From: an uncultured Gammaproteobacteria bacterium
Lineage (GTDB): Bacteria > Patescibacteriota > Patescibacteriia > UBA11705 > JABHMO01
Assembly (NCBI GenBank): GCA_964565345.1
Contig: CAZMEQ010000001.1
Coordinates: 9,838-73,837 of the forward strand
DNA length: 64,000 nt
Direction: 5' to 3'
This document shows, one piece after another, positions 50,787-60,738 of the stretch; the stretch's first letter is position 1, and each line of letters opens with the position of its first letter. Below the pieces are notes generated by a model. That model was not told where the DNA came from. It searched no databases and saw only the letters and a program-made list of their open reading frames with translations. A program made the translations under genes and the position numbers.

Positions 50787-51941
50787 ATGGGAAATATATT
50801 TGACGCCATTGTTATTCATTTTGATGAGATTGGTTTAAAGGGGAAGAACCAAATTTTTTTTGTTAGAAAATTACAAACAAATATCGCACAAAGATTAAAC
50901 ACTAAGGTTCATATCGGCCCGAAAAAACTTATTGCTCTTTGGCCTAAAGATAAAAAGTTAAATGAGATTATTGATGTTTTAAAATGCGTTCCTGGTATTG
51001 CTTTTTTTGCCCCAGCAATTTTAGTCAAAAGTAAAATCGAAAAGATCGAAGATGTTGTTAAACAAATGATAAATTATTATAATCCACAGAGTTTCCGTTT
51101 CTCGGCGCGACGGGCAGATAAAAGTTTCCCTCTAGATTCGATGTCACTCAGTCGACATTTGGGAGAAAAGGTGTTGGAGTCATTTCCTAATTTAATTGTA
51201 GCTATGAAAGGCGCTGATTTGGAAATTCGGGTAGAAATAGATAAGGAACAAACTGCAATCCTCGGTGCTATCGAACGGGGACTGGGTGGGTTGCCCACTG
51301 GCTCAACCGGAGAATTATTGTGCTTGCTGTCCGGTGGTTTTGATAGTCCTGTTGCTGCTTATATGATGATGAAGCGTGGTGCTCATGTAAATTTTATTCA
51401 TTTTTATAATCAAACCATTAATCAAAGTGGAGTAGAAGAAAAAATAAAAGATTTGGTAAAACAGTTAACACGATTCCAGGGGGAGTCAAAATTATTTTGG
51501 GTGCCGTTTGCGGATTTGCAACGTCAGGTTGTAAAAAATGTCCCAGCGGATGTCCGAATGATTATTTATAGAAGGTTGATGTTTAAGATTGCCGAGCGTG
51601 TGGCGATGGAAAATAAATACCTGGCACTGGTCACTGGTGATAACTTGGGACAGGTTGCCTCCCAGACTTTAGAAAACATGCATGTTATAGCGTCAGTCAC
51701 CACAATGCTTAAGTTAACACCGCTCGCAGGTTTTAATAAAAACGAGATTATCAATCTGGCGCAAAATATTGGAACGCATGACATTTCTGTGCGTCCTTAT
51801 GGTGACTGTTGTAGTCTGTTAGTGTCTAAACACCCGCAGACAGCGTCAAAGTTAGATTATATAAAACGTATTGAATTAGCGGCTGATATAGATGGTTTGT
51901 GTGAAAAGGTTGTCCAAGAAATTGAAATTCTAAAATTTTAA
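50787..51941 (+). CDS. thiI: tRNA 4-thiouridine synthase ThiI
   Basis: EIGLKGKN, THUMP domain, LLSGGFDSPVA, GDNLGQVASQT. Confidence 0.93.
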   Translation: MGNIFDAIVIHFDEIGLKGKNQIFFVRKLQTNIAQRLNTKVHIGPKKLIALWPKDKKLNEIIDVLKCVPGIAFFAPAILVKSKIEKIEDVVKQMINYYNPQSFRFSARRADKSFPLDSMSLSRHLGEKVLESFPNLIVAMKGADLEIRVEIDKEQTAILGAIERGLGGLPTGSTGELLCLLSGGFDSPVAAYMMMKRGAHVNFIHFYNQTINQSGVEEKIKDLVKQLTRFQGESKLFWVPFADLQRQVVKNVPADVRMIIYRRLMFKIAERVAMENKYLALVTGDNLGQVASQTLENMHVIASVTTMLKLTPLAGFNKNEIINLAQNIGTHDISVRPYGDCCSLLVSKHPQTASKLDYIKRIELAADIDGLCEKVVQEIEILKF

Positions 51942-51942
51942 T

Positions 51943-52131
51943 ATGCCTTGTCCAAAAACAAATTTAGAAACATGTCGTTGTACTTATCTTGAATGTGATT
52001 TGCGCGGGAAGTGTTGTGCCTGTGTGCGTTATCACAGAGATAAAGATGAGTTGCCGGGGTGCTTTTTTTCAAAAGAAATAGAAAAAACTTACGACAGGTC
52101 CGTTAAAAATTTCATTAAAAACCATAAATAA
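51943..52131 (+). CDS. Small Cys-rich protein (DUF6485-like)
   Basis: CRCTY..C...GKCCACVRYH...ELPGCFF...EKTYDRS. Confidence 0.75.
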   Translation: MPCPKTNLETCRCTYLECDLRGKCCACVRYHRDKDELPGCFFSKEIEKTYDRSVKNFIKNHK

Positions 52132-52134
52132 ATT

Positions 52135-52638
52135 ATGGAGATACTAAAAACGTTAAAAGATTCTGATTTTGGTTTTGACGAGAAACCAGGGGAATTAAAA
52201 TTGCGCGAAGCGGCACGTTCGGTTGTTGTGAATGATTTTAATGAGTTGGCTATATTGTATGTTTCCACCAAGAATTTTTATAAAATTCCTGGTGGTGGAG
52301 TCGAGGCGGGTGAGAATTATCTTTCTGCTTTAAAACGGGAAGTGCGAGAAGAAGCTGGTTGTGAGATCGAAGTTACAAGAGAGTTAGGTGCGATTATAGA
52401 ATATAGAACGCATTTTAAAGTTTTACAAAAATCATATTGCTATTTGGCTAAAGTCGTGGGGAAGGTTGGCGCTCCACAATTTGATCCTGGCGAGTTAGCA
52501 GATGGCTTTGAGGTTAAATGGATGAGTTTAGCCGAGGCAGAGAAGCGTATTAAAACAGTCAAAACTGACGACTATCTGGGCCAGTTTGTAACTGATAGGG
52601 AATTAACAATTCTTAAAGAAGCCAAGAAATATCTATAG
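52135..52638 (+). CDS. NUDIX hydrolase
   Basis: Nudix box GGGVEAGENYLSALKREVREEAG. Confidence 0.92.
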   Translation: MEILKTLKDSDFGFDEKPGELKLREAARSVVVNDFNELAILYVSTKNFYKIPGGGVEAGENYLSALKREVREEAGCEIEVTRELGAIIEYRTHFKVLQKSYCYLAKVVGKVGAPQFDPGELADGFEVKWMSLAEAEKRIKTVKTDDYLGQFVTDRELTILKEAKKYL

Positions 52639-52844
52639 TAATTAAGTGAGATTCGTTCTCACTTTTTTATTTAGGGCAGGGGAGTCATTTAAAAGTAAAA
52701 AGTTATAAGCGAGATAAGTGGTAATGATTTTGTCTGTACAGCTGCTAGAGGCGGATAGTGTAGACTGTGGATAACTTTTGTCTTACTGCCCTATTAGTAA
52801 TATAATTTAATTAGGAATTATTCTTGATTAGATTTTATAATCAT

Positions 52845-53249
52845 ATGGTTAATGAATTACAGCCAGTTCGTAATACTAATCAACGCCAACTTATTTTTGA
52901 ATATTTACAGCGCACACTCACCCACCCAACCGCTGAGCAGATTTTTAATCAAATGAGAAAAGAATTGCCGCGAATCAGCTTTGGTACGGTTTACCGCAAT
53001 CTTGATATATTAGAAAAACAAGGCTTGATTTCAACGGTAATTTATTCCAAGGAACACGTTCGATACCACTGCGGAGTCAACACTCATTCTCATTTTGTTT
53101 GTAATATTTGTGATCGAATTATAGACGTTGATGTAGAGGATCTTTTAGAACTTGAGCACCAGGTTTCCAAGCGATATAAACTTAAAGTTTTGAAACATAA
53201 TCTTATTTTTTACGGACAGTGTGAAGTCTGTCAGAAACTTTATCGGTAA
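52845..53249 (+). CDS. Fur/PerR-family transcriptional repressor
   Basis: HPTAEQI, TVYRNL, HSHFVCNIC, CEVC. Confidence 0.92.
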   Translation: MVNELQPVRNTNQRQLIFEYLQRTLTHPTAEQIFNQMRKELPRISFGTVYRNLDILEKQGLISTVIYSKEHVRYHCGVNTHSHFVCNICDRIIDVDVEDLLELEHQVSKRYKLKVLKHNLIFYGQCEVCQKLYR

Positions 53250-53312
53250 GGCAATTTTCCCTAATTTTGGCCACGTTGACTTTTGTTTGAATTTATGCTA
53301 TAATTAGTATAT

Positions 53313-54476
53313 ATGAAGATAGCCTTTATTGGTCAAAAAGGTATCCCTATGAAGTTTGGCGGCGTTGAAAAACATGTCGAGCGTCTTGCTGTTGGTTTGG
53401 CTGAACGTGGCCATAAAGTTTATGCTTACACGCGGCCATGGTATACCCCAGCCAAACAAAAAGAATATAAAGGAGTAAAATTGATTTCTTTGAAATCACT
53501 TAATACCAAAAATTTGGATGCGATCACCCACTCCTTGCGTGCTAGTCTGGATGTCTTAAAGCGTAATTATGATGTCGTTCATTATCATGGTGTGGGGCCA
53601 GCTTTAACAGCCTGGATTCCAAAGCTTTTTAAGCCAAGTTGTAAGGTTGTTATTACATTCCATTGTATCGATAGGTTCCATCAAAAATGGGGTCGCTTAG
53701 CTCGTTGGGCACTTTATTGGGGTGAATGGGCTGCTGTGCATTTTGCGCATGACACCATTACTGTATCTAAAAATTTACAAAATTATTGTGCTGATACATA
53801 TAGCGCTGATACTATTTATATCCCCAATGGTGTGGATAGAGTTCGCGAATCTTCTGCTCAAGTCATCAAAAAAAAGTACGGTCTAACTAAAGGGAGTTAT
53901 ATTTTGTTTATGTCACGTTTGGTTAGACATAAAGGCGCGCACTATTTGGTTAAAGCTTATAATGAAATTCAGACGGATAAAAAGCTAGTCATCGCTGGTG
54001 GCTCAGCTTTTACCGACGATTATGTTAATTGGTTAAAAAAAGAAGCTCAATACAACCCAAATATTATTTTTACTGGCAATATAACAGGTGGTAGTAATGA
54101 ATGGCAGGAATTATATTCCAATGCTTATATGTTTGTTCATCCCTCAGAAAGCGAGGGGCTTCCGATTGTTATTTTAGAGGCGATGAGTTTCGGCCTGCCT
54201 GTTTTAGCTTCAAATATCCCAGAAAACATGGAGGCAATTGCGGGCGGATATGGATTTAGTTTTAAGAACAAAAGTGTCAATGATTTAAAAAAGAAATTAC
54301 AATATTTATTGAGTTCGCCAGAAATAATAAAGCAAGTTGGTTTATCTGCGAAAGAACATGTTTTGGAAAATTATAATTGGAATGATATTGTTGTTTCAGT
54401 TGAACATGTTTATGAGGAGCTATTGCGTCGGAATGTAGTGCGTAGCTTTACTGGAAAAGCTATTCATCTAAAATAA
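53313..54476 (+). CDS. GT4-family glycosyltransferase
   Basis: GGVEKHV, EGLPIVILEAMSFG. Confidence 0.92.
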   Translation: MKIAFIGQKGIPMKFGGVEKHVERLAVGLAERGHKVYAYTRPWYTPAKQKEYKGVKLISLKSLNTKNLDAITHSLRASLDVLKRNYDVVHYHGVGPALTAWIPKLFKPSCKVVITFHCIDRFHQKWGRLARWALYWGEWAAVHFAHDTITVSKNLQNYCADTYSADTIYIPNGVDRVRESSAQVIKKKYGLTKGSYILFMSRLVRHKGAHYLVKAYNEIQTDKKLVIAGGSAFTDDYVNWLKKEAQYNPNIIFTGNITGGSNEWQELYSNAYMFVHPSESEGLPIVILEAMSFGLPVLASNIPENMEAIAGGYGFSFKNKSVNDLKKKLQYLLSSPEIIKQVGLSAKEHVLENYNWNDIVVSVEHVYEELLRRNVVRSFTGKAIHLK

Positions 54477-54593
54477 AAAATGTTGCGGACAACGCATACG
54501 CGTTGTAGGGATAGGTCGTTCACCTTCCGAAGTCTCGTACGGAGGACAGGCGACCTGTCCCTATCGCACGTCCCGTGCGGCCGCAACATTTTT
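54476..54593. repeat. Compound nested REP-like palindrome
   Basis: Outer AAAAATGTTGCGG/CCGCAACATTTTT arms enclose GTAGGGATAGGTCG...CGACCTGTCCCTA and smaller hairpins. Confidence 0.75.
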
Positions 54594-54876
54594 ATTTTGT
54601 TGGGATTATTTTGGGATCTGGGCTAAACTTTTTGTTTTTTATACGCCATTGTTCGACGTATTGACCGAGCCCCTTTTTTTCGAGTTTGTTCTTGACTGAT
54701 GTTCTTTTTTGTGACCAGTTTAAAAGGCTTTCAAAGTTAATTTTATATCTGCCTTGGACTACGATATATCTTAGTTCTTCGCGGTTTATGGCCCGTCTAA
54801 TGGTGTGTGAATCAACCCCAAAGAGCCGAGCTGCCTCGGACACAGAAACTCTAATAGGATTTTTTTCTTGGTCCAT
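54592..54876 (-). CDS. Excisionase-like (HTH_17) DNA-binding protein
   Basis: VSVSEAARLFGVDSHTIRRAI...GRYKI. Confidence 0.8.
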   Translation of the reverse strand: MDQEKNPIRVSVSEAARLFGVDSHTIRRAINREELRYIVVQGRYKINFESLLNWSQKRTSVKNKLEKKGLGQYVEQWRIKNKKFSPDPKIIPTK

Positions 54877-55056
54877 ATTTTGAGTAATTTGTCTACACCA
54901 GTGTATACAAATTTAACATTTTTAGTATATAGTGAGGGGCTTTTTTTGTCAATAGTTTTGAGCAAAATAAGCTTAATTTTGAGTTTTCCACGTTTACTTT
55001 TTGCTATTTATCGTGTATAGTAGGCAACATCAGCGGGTGGCCTTATCTACCCTGTT

Positions 55057-55082
55057 TGTAACAAAAATAACCTTTTAACGTC
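55057..55082 (+). promoter_or_regulatory. ECF-type autoregulatory promoter
   Basis: TGTAAC-N16-CGTC, ending 7 nt before the sigma ATG. Confidence 0.65.
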
Positions 55083-55089
55083 TTATTAA

Positions 55090-55641
55090 ATGAGCGCCAA
55101 TTCTTTACAAGAAAAATTTCTCATCTATAAGGTCCGACAAAATAAAGATGCAGAGGCTTACGGTAAGCTCTACGATTATTATGTGGACCGAATTTATCGC
55201 TTTGTTTATTTCAAAATAAACAGTCAGGAAGATGCGGAAGATATTACCTCAGAAGTCTTTTTAAAAGCGTGGGAATATATTAATACCACTAATAAAAAGA
55301 TTGAAAACTTTAATGCCTTGATCTACCGGGTGGCGCGAAATTCTGTAATCGATTATTACCGTAACAGAAAGATAAATGTAAGTACTGATGATGAAGAAAA
55401 TTTAATCCAAATACAAGACAAAGTAAATGTAGCTGAAAATGTTGATCAAGTATTGGACAGAACAAATATTGAAAAGTTATTGAGTAACTTAAAAGAAACG
55501 TACCGGGATGTAATTCTTCTGCGGTTTATCGAAGATTATAGCATTGCTGAAATCTCCGAAATAACGGGTAAGTCTAAGGCTAATGTCCGAGTATTATTAC
55601 ACCGCGGCATCCAAGCCTTAAAAGAAATAAGCGAGGGCTAA
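55090..55641 (+). CDS. ECF RNA polymerase sigma factor
   Basis: DAEDITSEVFLKAW, YRVARNSVIDYYR, region 4 NVRVLLHRG. Confidence 0.93.
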   Translation: MSANSLQEKFLIYKVRQNKDAEAYGKLYDYYVDRIYRFVYFKINSQEDAEDITSEVFLKAWEYINTTNKKIENFNALIYRVARNSVIDYYRNRKINVSTDDEENLIQIQDKVNVAENVDQVLDRTNIEKLLSNLKETYRDVILLRFIEDYSIAEISEITGKSKANVRVLLHRGIQALKEISEG

Positions 55642-55645
55642 TAAA

Positions 55646-56827
55646 ATGGACAAGATTGTTGAACAACTTAAAGAACTTAAGCAAATCAAACCACGTGCTG
55701 AATGGGTAAATTCTTCACGCGAACTTTTGTTGTCTCAAATTAGCGCTCAGTCTGAAAATACAAAAACTTCTTTTACTGGCAATGTTTGGTTTTTGACCAA
55801 GTCAGTCGTGCCAACTGGCCTTTTACGTTTTGTGGCCCAGCCAATTGGTGTTTTGAGTTTAATTATTGCCACTGTAGTTGGGACTGGGGTGCTTGGCGTT
55901 AACGCTTCTAGAACAAGCTTGCCGGGCGATTTACTTTATCCTGTTAAATTAACTTCAGAAAAAATATCAATATCTTTAACTATTAATGATAGTAAAAAAG
56001 CTGAAAAGCACATTGAGTATGCAGAAGAGCGAGTAAAAGAGTTGGAAGCGGTTTCCGAACAAGCATTAGGTGTTAATGAAAAAAAAGATAAAATGATGCA
56101 GGCTGTTTCTGGTTTGGTGGATCAAATGGAACAAGTGCAGACACAATTAGATAAAGTTAAGGACGCAGGCGTTTCGGGCGCTAATGCTAATAAGGTTATC
56201 GTGGAAGTTGCTTTGGGTGTAGACAAAAGAGCTGAGCAGATAAACCAAAAAATTGCAGTTAAAAAAGAAGAATATAAGCAAGATGTAGAATTAGAAAATG
56301 TCTTGCGCGAAGCTCAGGCTAGCACAAATGTGACGAGCGTAAAAGCAGTTGAGGTGGTAATTAAGGGAGTAGAAAAGTCACCTGTAGAGTTGCCTACAAA
56401 GGAAATAATGAATGTAATTCAAAAACAGATAGAAAACACAGCTGTTCGTGTTGAAGAAATGAAGGCTTCAATCGAGCGTGTTGGCGTTAAAGTAAATGAA
56501 GCTCAGTCTGTGCCAGCAACAACCGAAACCAACAATGAAGCCGTCAATCCAGTCGATGTTATTGTGACAATTAAGGATAAGCCAACTGCAGCTACCTCCT
56601 CTCTTTCAGAGGCGCAGGCTTTATTGAATCAAGGCGATTTAACAAAAGCTATTGAAATGATTAAGAGTACTGTTGATATAACTAATGCAGTAAAAACAAC
56701 TGTTACTCAAATAGAAGAGACCCTTGTTGCACCTGCTCCTGTGGCGAGTAGTCCAGCTGAGACTACAGCTCCAGAATCAGTTGAAGAAAAAACAAGTACG
56801 GATGTTATTATTCAACCAACTAATTAA
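55646..56827 (+). CDS. DUF5667-like putative anti-sigma membrane protein
   Basis: TM helix then SLPGDLLYPVKLTSE; helical C-terminus. Confidence 0.8.
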   Translation: MDKIVEQLKELKQIKPRAEWVNSSRELLLSQISAQSENTKTSFTGNVWFLTKSVVPTGLLRFVAQPIGVLSLIIATVVGTGVLGVNASRTSLPGDLLYPVKLTSEKISISLTINDSKKAEKHIEYAEERVKELEAVSEQALGVNEKKDKMMQAVSGLVDQMEQVQTQLDKVKDAGVSGANANKVIVEVALGVDKRAEQINQKIAVKKEEYKQDVELENVLREAQASTNVTSVKAVEVVIKGVEKSPVELPTKEIMNVIQKQIENTAVRVEEMKASIERVGVKVNEAQSVPATTETNNEAVNPVDVIVTIKDKPTAATSSLSEAQALLNQGDLTKAIEMIKSTVDITNAVKTTVTQIEETLVAPAPVASSPAETTAPESVEEKTSTDVIIQPTN

Positions 56828-56997
56828 GTTATTATTTATAAATCCTAAAGAACTCTCTTTGGGTTGTAGTAACCTAACAGGTCGAGGGGCCTCAAAACCT
56901 CGGTTGCTGCATAACTAAAATATAAAAGGGAGTGTAAATTGTTTCTATCTATAGAGGAAACAATTCATACTTCCAAAAGAAAGATTTAAATTAAAGT

Positions 56998-59900
56998 ATG
57001 AAAAAAGTTCTAGTCATGAGTGTCGTTTTAGCTACACTCGTATGGACAATGGGCTTGGCTGCATTTGTTCCAGCCGTTTCAGCTGCTACATTATCAGCTG
57101 GCGACTTGATCAAGGGTAGCGGTCCAGCTGTATATTACTATGCAGCTGATGGAAAGCGTTATACTTTCCCTACATTGTCAACATACATGACTTGGTATTC
57201 AGATTTCAGTAAGGTTAAAACCATTACTGACAGCGAATTAGCTGCTATTTCATTGGCAGGTAACGTAGTTGTAAGAGCTGGTACAAAGTTAGTTAAAATC
57301 GATACAGTTCCAAAAGTTTTCGCTGTAGAACCTAAGGGTAAATTATTGTGGGTTGATTCAGAAACATCTGCTTCTACACTTTATGGTGCAGAATGGAATA
57401 AGAGAATTATCACTATTCCAGATGGCTTTTGGACAAACTACACAGATTCAGGTTTGACATTAAGTGGTACTACATATCCAGAAGGACAGCTTGTTAAATG
57501 GGCTGGTTCAACAAACGTCTACTATGTTACTGGCGGAAAGAAAGCTTTGATTTCTTCAGACGCTGCTTTTGCTGCTAACATGTGGAAGACTTCTGATATC
57601 GTTACTGCTCCTGCTGCAATCACAATGACAGATGGCACAGCTATCTCAGCTGTTGTTCCAACTTACGTTGATGTTTCACAGGGTGGTGGCGCTGGTTCAA
57701 CAACATTACCAACAGGCGCTGGCACTTTAACAGTCGCTTTGGCTGGTGATACTCCAGCTGCTTCTCCTGTTGCAACTAATGGTGTTGCCAACTTCATGAA
57801 GTTTGGTTTAACAGCTAATGGTGCTGCAATGACTGTTTCTAAAATCCTTGTAACAAAGGGTGGTTATTCAGCAACTGGTGATGTTGAAAACATTAAGATT
57901 ACTGATTTAAGCGGAGTTGCTTTAACAAATTCAACAAGCTTAAACACAAACGGCACCGCTTATTTGACATTCTCTCCTGCTTTAACATTAGCAGCTGGTG
58001 AAACACGTTATTTCTTTGTCAAATCAGGTGTTATTACTGGCGCTACTACTGGTGGTACAATCTCTTTTGCTATTGCTTCATCTGCCGATGTTACTTCATC
58101 AGCAGCAACAGTAGCAGGAAATTTCCCTGTCCAAAGTAATGCCATGAGTATTATTTCTGTAACAATTGGTAGCGCAACTGTTTACGCTGATGGTACTGTT
58201 ACAAATACCACTCCAGATTCAGGTGACACCAATGTTATTGTTAATAAATTCAGAATTGAGGCTGGCACTACGGAGGCCATCACAATTGAATCAATTTCTT
58301 TGATGGAATCTGGTACTGCGTCTTTATCAGATGTTAAGAACATCGAACTTTGGAGTGTTACTCAAAACAAATCATTGGGTGAGGTTGCATCTTACGACAC
58401 TAATGGCAAAGTTAGTTTTACTAACTTAAACATCGTTGTTGGTAAGGGCGAAATCCATCGCTTTGTTGTCCGTGAGGATATCGTAAGTGGCGCTAGCTTA
58501 ACAACTAACGCTGATTTAACTGACGGAACTGATGTCTTAATGTCAGTAAAGGGTAACGCATATGGATTCTATATCTCACCAACAGTTGGTGGCGGTTGGA
58601 ACGGTAAGGGTGCTGCTGACCAGGTTATTAATGCTGGTTCATTATCAATTTCAAAGGCAACGAGCACACCAGCAACAGGTAAAATTGCTGAAGCTCCAGA
58701 CCAATTGTTAGCAGTTTTTGATTTCGATGCTAAAGGCGAAGAAGTTAAAGTCTCTGCTTTCAAGGTTAACTTCACAATGACTGGTACTGCTGATGGTGCT
58801 GACCTTATCTCTTGTAAGTTATTAGACAAGGATGGTAATTTGGTTGCTGGACCAGTTGATGGTACAGATGCTAATGACTATGTAAACTTCACTGATACTT
58901 TTATTGTTCCTGTTGGAGTAAATAAGTATTCAATGAAGTGCCGTGTCTTTGATAGCGATTCAAATGATTTTAATGGCGGTGCATCATGGCAAATGGTTGC
59001 TGATTCTGCCAATATGACAGCTAAGGGATATACTACAAACGATACAATTGTCCCAACTGGCGTTGCAACTGCAAACCCAATGACAGTAGCTACAGCAAAA
59101 TTGGTTGCTACTACTCTTGGTACTCCAGCTGCACAAAGCATTGCTCCTGGTTTAGCTAATTTCGTTTTTGCAACATTCTCGTTAGATGCAGCAAATTCTG
59201 GTGAAAACGTAAATGTTACAAACATCGTTTTAGAAGACACTGTAACACACTCAGGTGCTACAGAAGGTAATGCAGAAGACATTGACAATGTTGAAATCTG
59301 GTGCGACATGACCAGCGCTTCAAGTGAACGTGGTGATGTCTATGAAAAACTTTTCACTAACAGTGAATCTTGGACTGGTACTGGCGATGGCGACGACACT
59401 CTATCAATGAATTTCAATGAAACTCTTGTTATCACAAAAAATTCATTCGTTAAGTGCGCTGTTGTTGCAGATTTAGCTTCTGGTGCTGCTGTTAATGAAA
59501 AACACACAATTAGCATTGACAATGATGAGAATGATGTTTCAGCTACAGGTGCTGATACAGGTTCAACTATTACAGTTGCTGCTGCAGGTGGCAATGGTCA
59601 AACTATGACTGTTGCAGCTAACGGCGCTTTAACTATAACGGTTGATTCAACTTCTCCAAAGGCTGCTATTCTTGTTTCAAGTGAACAAAAGCAAACTTTG
59701 GGCGTCTTCCGTTTGGCTGCTGATTCTGTCGAATCTTTAGATTTAGACGAATTAACAGTCACTGATGATGGAAGTGATACTGGCGTTGCTATGTACTACT
59801 TCTATAGTAATAAGCGCGCTGATGGCGTTGCTATTACTGAACCTATTGCCACTAAACCAGGTGGAGCTACAGCACAAGCGGTTATCACTGATGGTACTGT

Positions 59901-60630
59901 AACTATCCCTGCAAGTGGTTATGTATTGATTACTGTTAAGGGTGACGTAAGTTATGTTGATGGTACAACTGTTGATAACGCTGCTACTGTCAGAGCTACA
60001 ATCGCTCTTGGTACAGATGTTGATGCAACTGGTTTATCATCTGGTTCTGCTGTTACAGGTGGCGGTAATTCATATGATGCTGCTATACACAGATTATACG
60101 AAGCTCGTCCTATTGTAACTAAGGACAGCAGTTCTCCAAGTGGCACTATCGGTACTGGTGTTAGCACTTTGGTTGCAGTCTTTAAGATTGACAACACTTC
60201 TGGCACCAAGGACGTAGTGATGTCTGCTGCTGGCGACAATGATATGGTATTCAACCTATCTGGCGCTGCTTCAGGAGCCTCTTGTGCTGGTGGATGTGCA
60301 GTAACTTTCAAGGATAAGAATGGCAATTTATTGTCAGATTCTGCAACAGCTGTTGACCTAGGTGGTTCTATTGCTGTTACAGATCTTAACCTCGACTTTA
60401 CTGATGGCACATTAACTGTTCCTGCTGGTGATTACGAGTTGATTAAGGTCTATGCTGATACCACAGACTTTACAACTGCTGGTAACTCATTACAGGTATG
60501 GTTAGATGATGTTGCTCCTGCAAACTTCTCATGGGGTATTGATAGTACAGCTGGTGGTACTACACAGGTTATGGAAACAGCTGACATTACTTTCCGTGGT
60601 GATATCTATGCTAATACACTTGGTAAATAA
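56998..60630 (+). CDS. Large secreted surface (S-layer-like) protein
   Basis: Signal peptide; Thr/Ala/Gly/Asp-rich beta repeats (GxLT...TP); strongly biased codons; terminator at about 60648-60692. Confidence 0.75.
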   Translation: MKKVLVMSVVLATLVWTMGLAAFVPAVSAATLSAGDLIKGSGPAVYYYAADGKRYTFPTLSTYMTWYSDFSKVKTITDSELAAISLAGNVVVRAGTKLVKIDTVPKVFAVEPKGKLLWVDSETSASTLYGAEWNKRIITIPDGFWTNYTDSGLTLSGTTYPEGQLVKWAGSTNVYYVTGGKKALISSDAAFAANMWKTSDIVTAPAAITMTDGTAISAVVPTYVDVSQGGGAGSTTLPTGAGTLTVALAGDTPAASPVATNGVANFMKFGLTANGAAMTVSKILVTKGGYSATGDVENIKITDLSGVALTNSTSLNTNGTAYLTFSPALTLAAGETRYFFVKSGVITGATTGGTISFAIASSADVTSSAATVAGNFPVQSNAMSIISVTIGSATVYADGTVTNTTPDSGDTNVIVNKFRIEAGTTEAITIESISLMESGTASLSDVKNIELWSVTQNKSLGEVASYDTNGKVSFTNLNIVVGKGEIHRFVVREDIVSGASLTTNADLTDGTDVLMSVKGNAYGFYISPTVGGGWNGKGAADQVINAGSLSISKATSTPATGKIAEAPDQLLAVFDFDAKGEEVKVSAFKVNFTMTGTADGADLISCKLLDKDGNLVAGPVDGTDANDYVNFTDTFIVPVGVNKYSMKCRVFDSDSNDFNGGASWQMVADSANMTAKGYTTNDTIVPTGVATANPMTVATAKLVATTLGTPAAQSIAPGLANFVFATFSLDAANSGENVNVTNIVLEDTVTHSGATEGNAEDIDNVEIWCDMTSASSERGDVYEKLFTNSESWTGTGDGDDTLSMNFNETLVITKNSFVKCAVVADLASGAAVNEKHTISIDNDENDVSATGADTGSTITVAAAGGNGQTMTVAANGALTITVDSTSPKAAILVSSEQKQTLGVFRLAADSVESLDLDELTVTDDGSDTGVAMYYFYSNKRADGVAITEPIATKPGGATAQAVITDGTVTIPASGYVLITVKGDVSYVDGTTVDNAATVRATIALGTDVDATGLSSGSAVTGGGNSYDAAIHRLYEARPIVTKDSSSPSGTIGTGVSTLVAVFKIDNTSGTKDVVMSAAGDNDMVFNLSGAASGASCAGGCAVTFKDKNGNLLSDSATAVDLGGSIAVTDLNLDFTDGTLTVPAGDYELIKVYADTTDFTTAGNSLQVWLDDVAPANFSWGIDSTAGGTTQVMETADITFRGDIYANTLGK

Positions 60631-60738
60631 TCAAGTCTATCTAGTATAAAAAGAGTGCCTCTCCGCTATGTGCGGGGAGGGCTCTTTTTTTTCTTTTAAA
60701 TCTGTTATAATAAAGGAAAGAATAAATTTATCTTGAAT

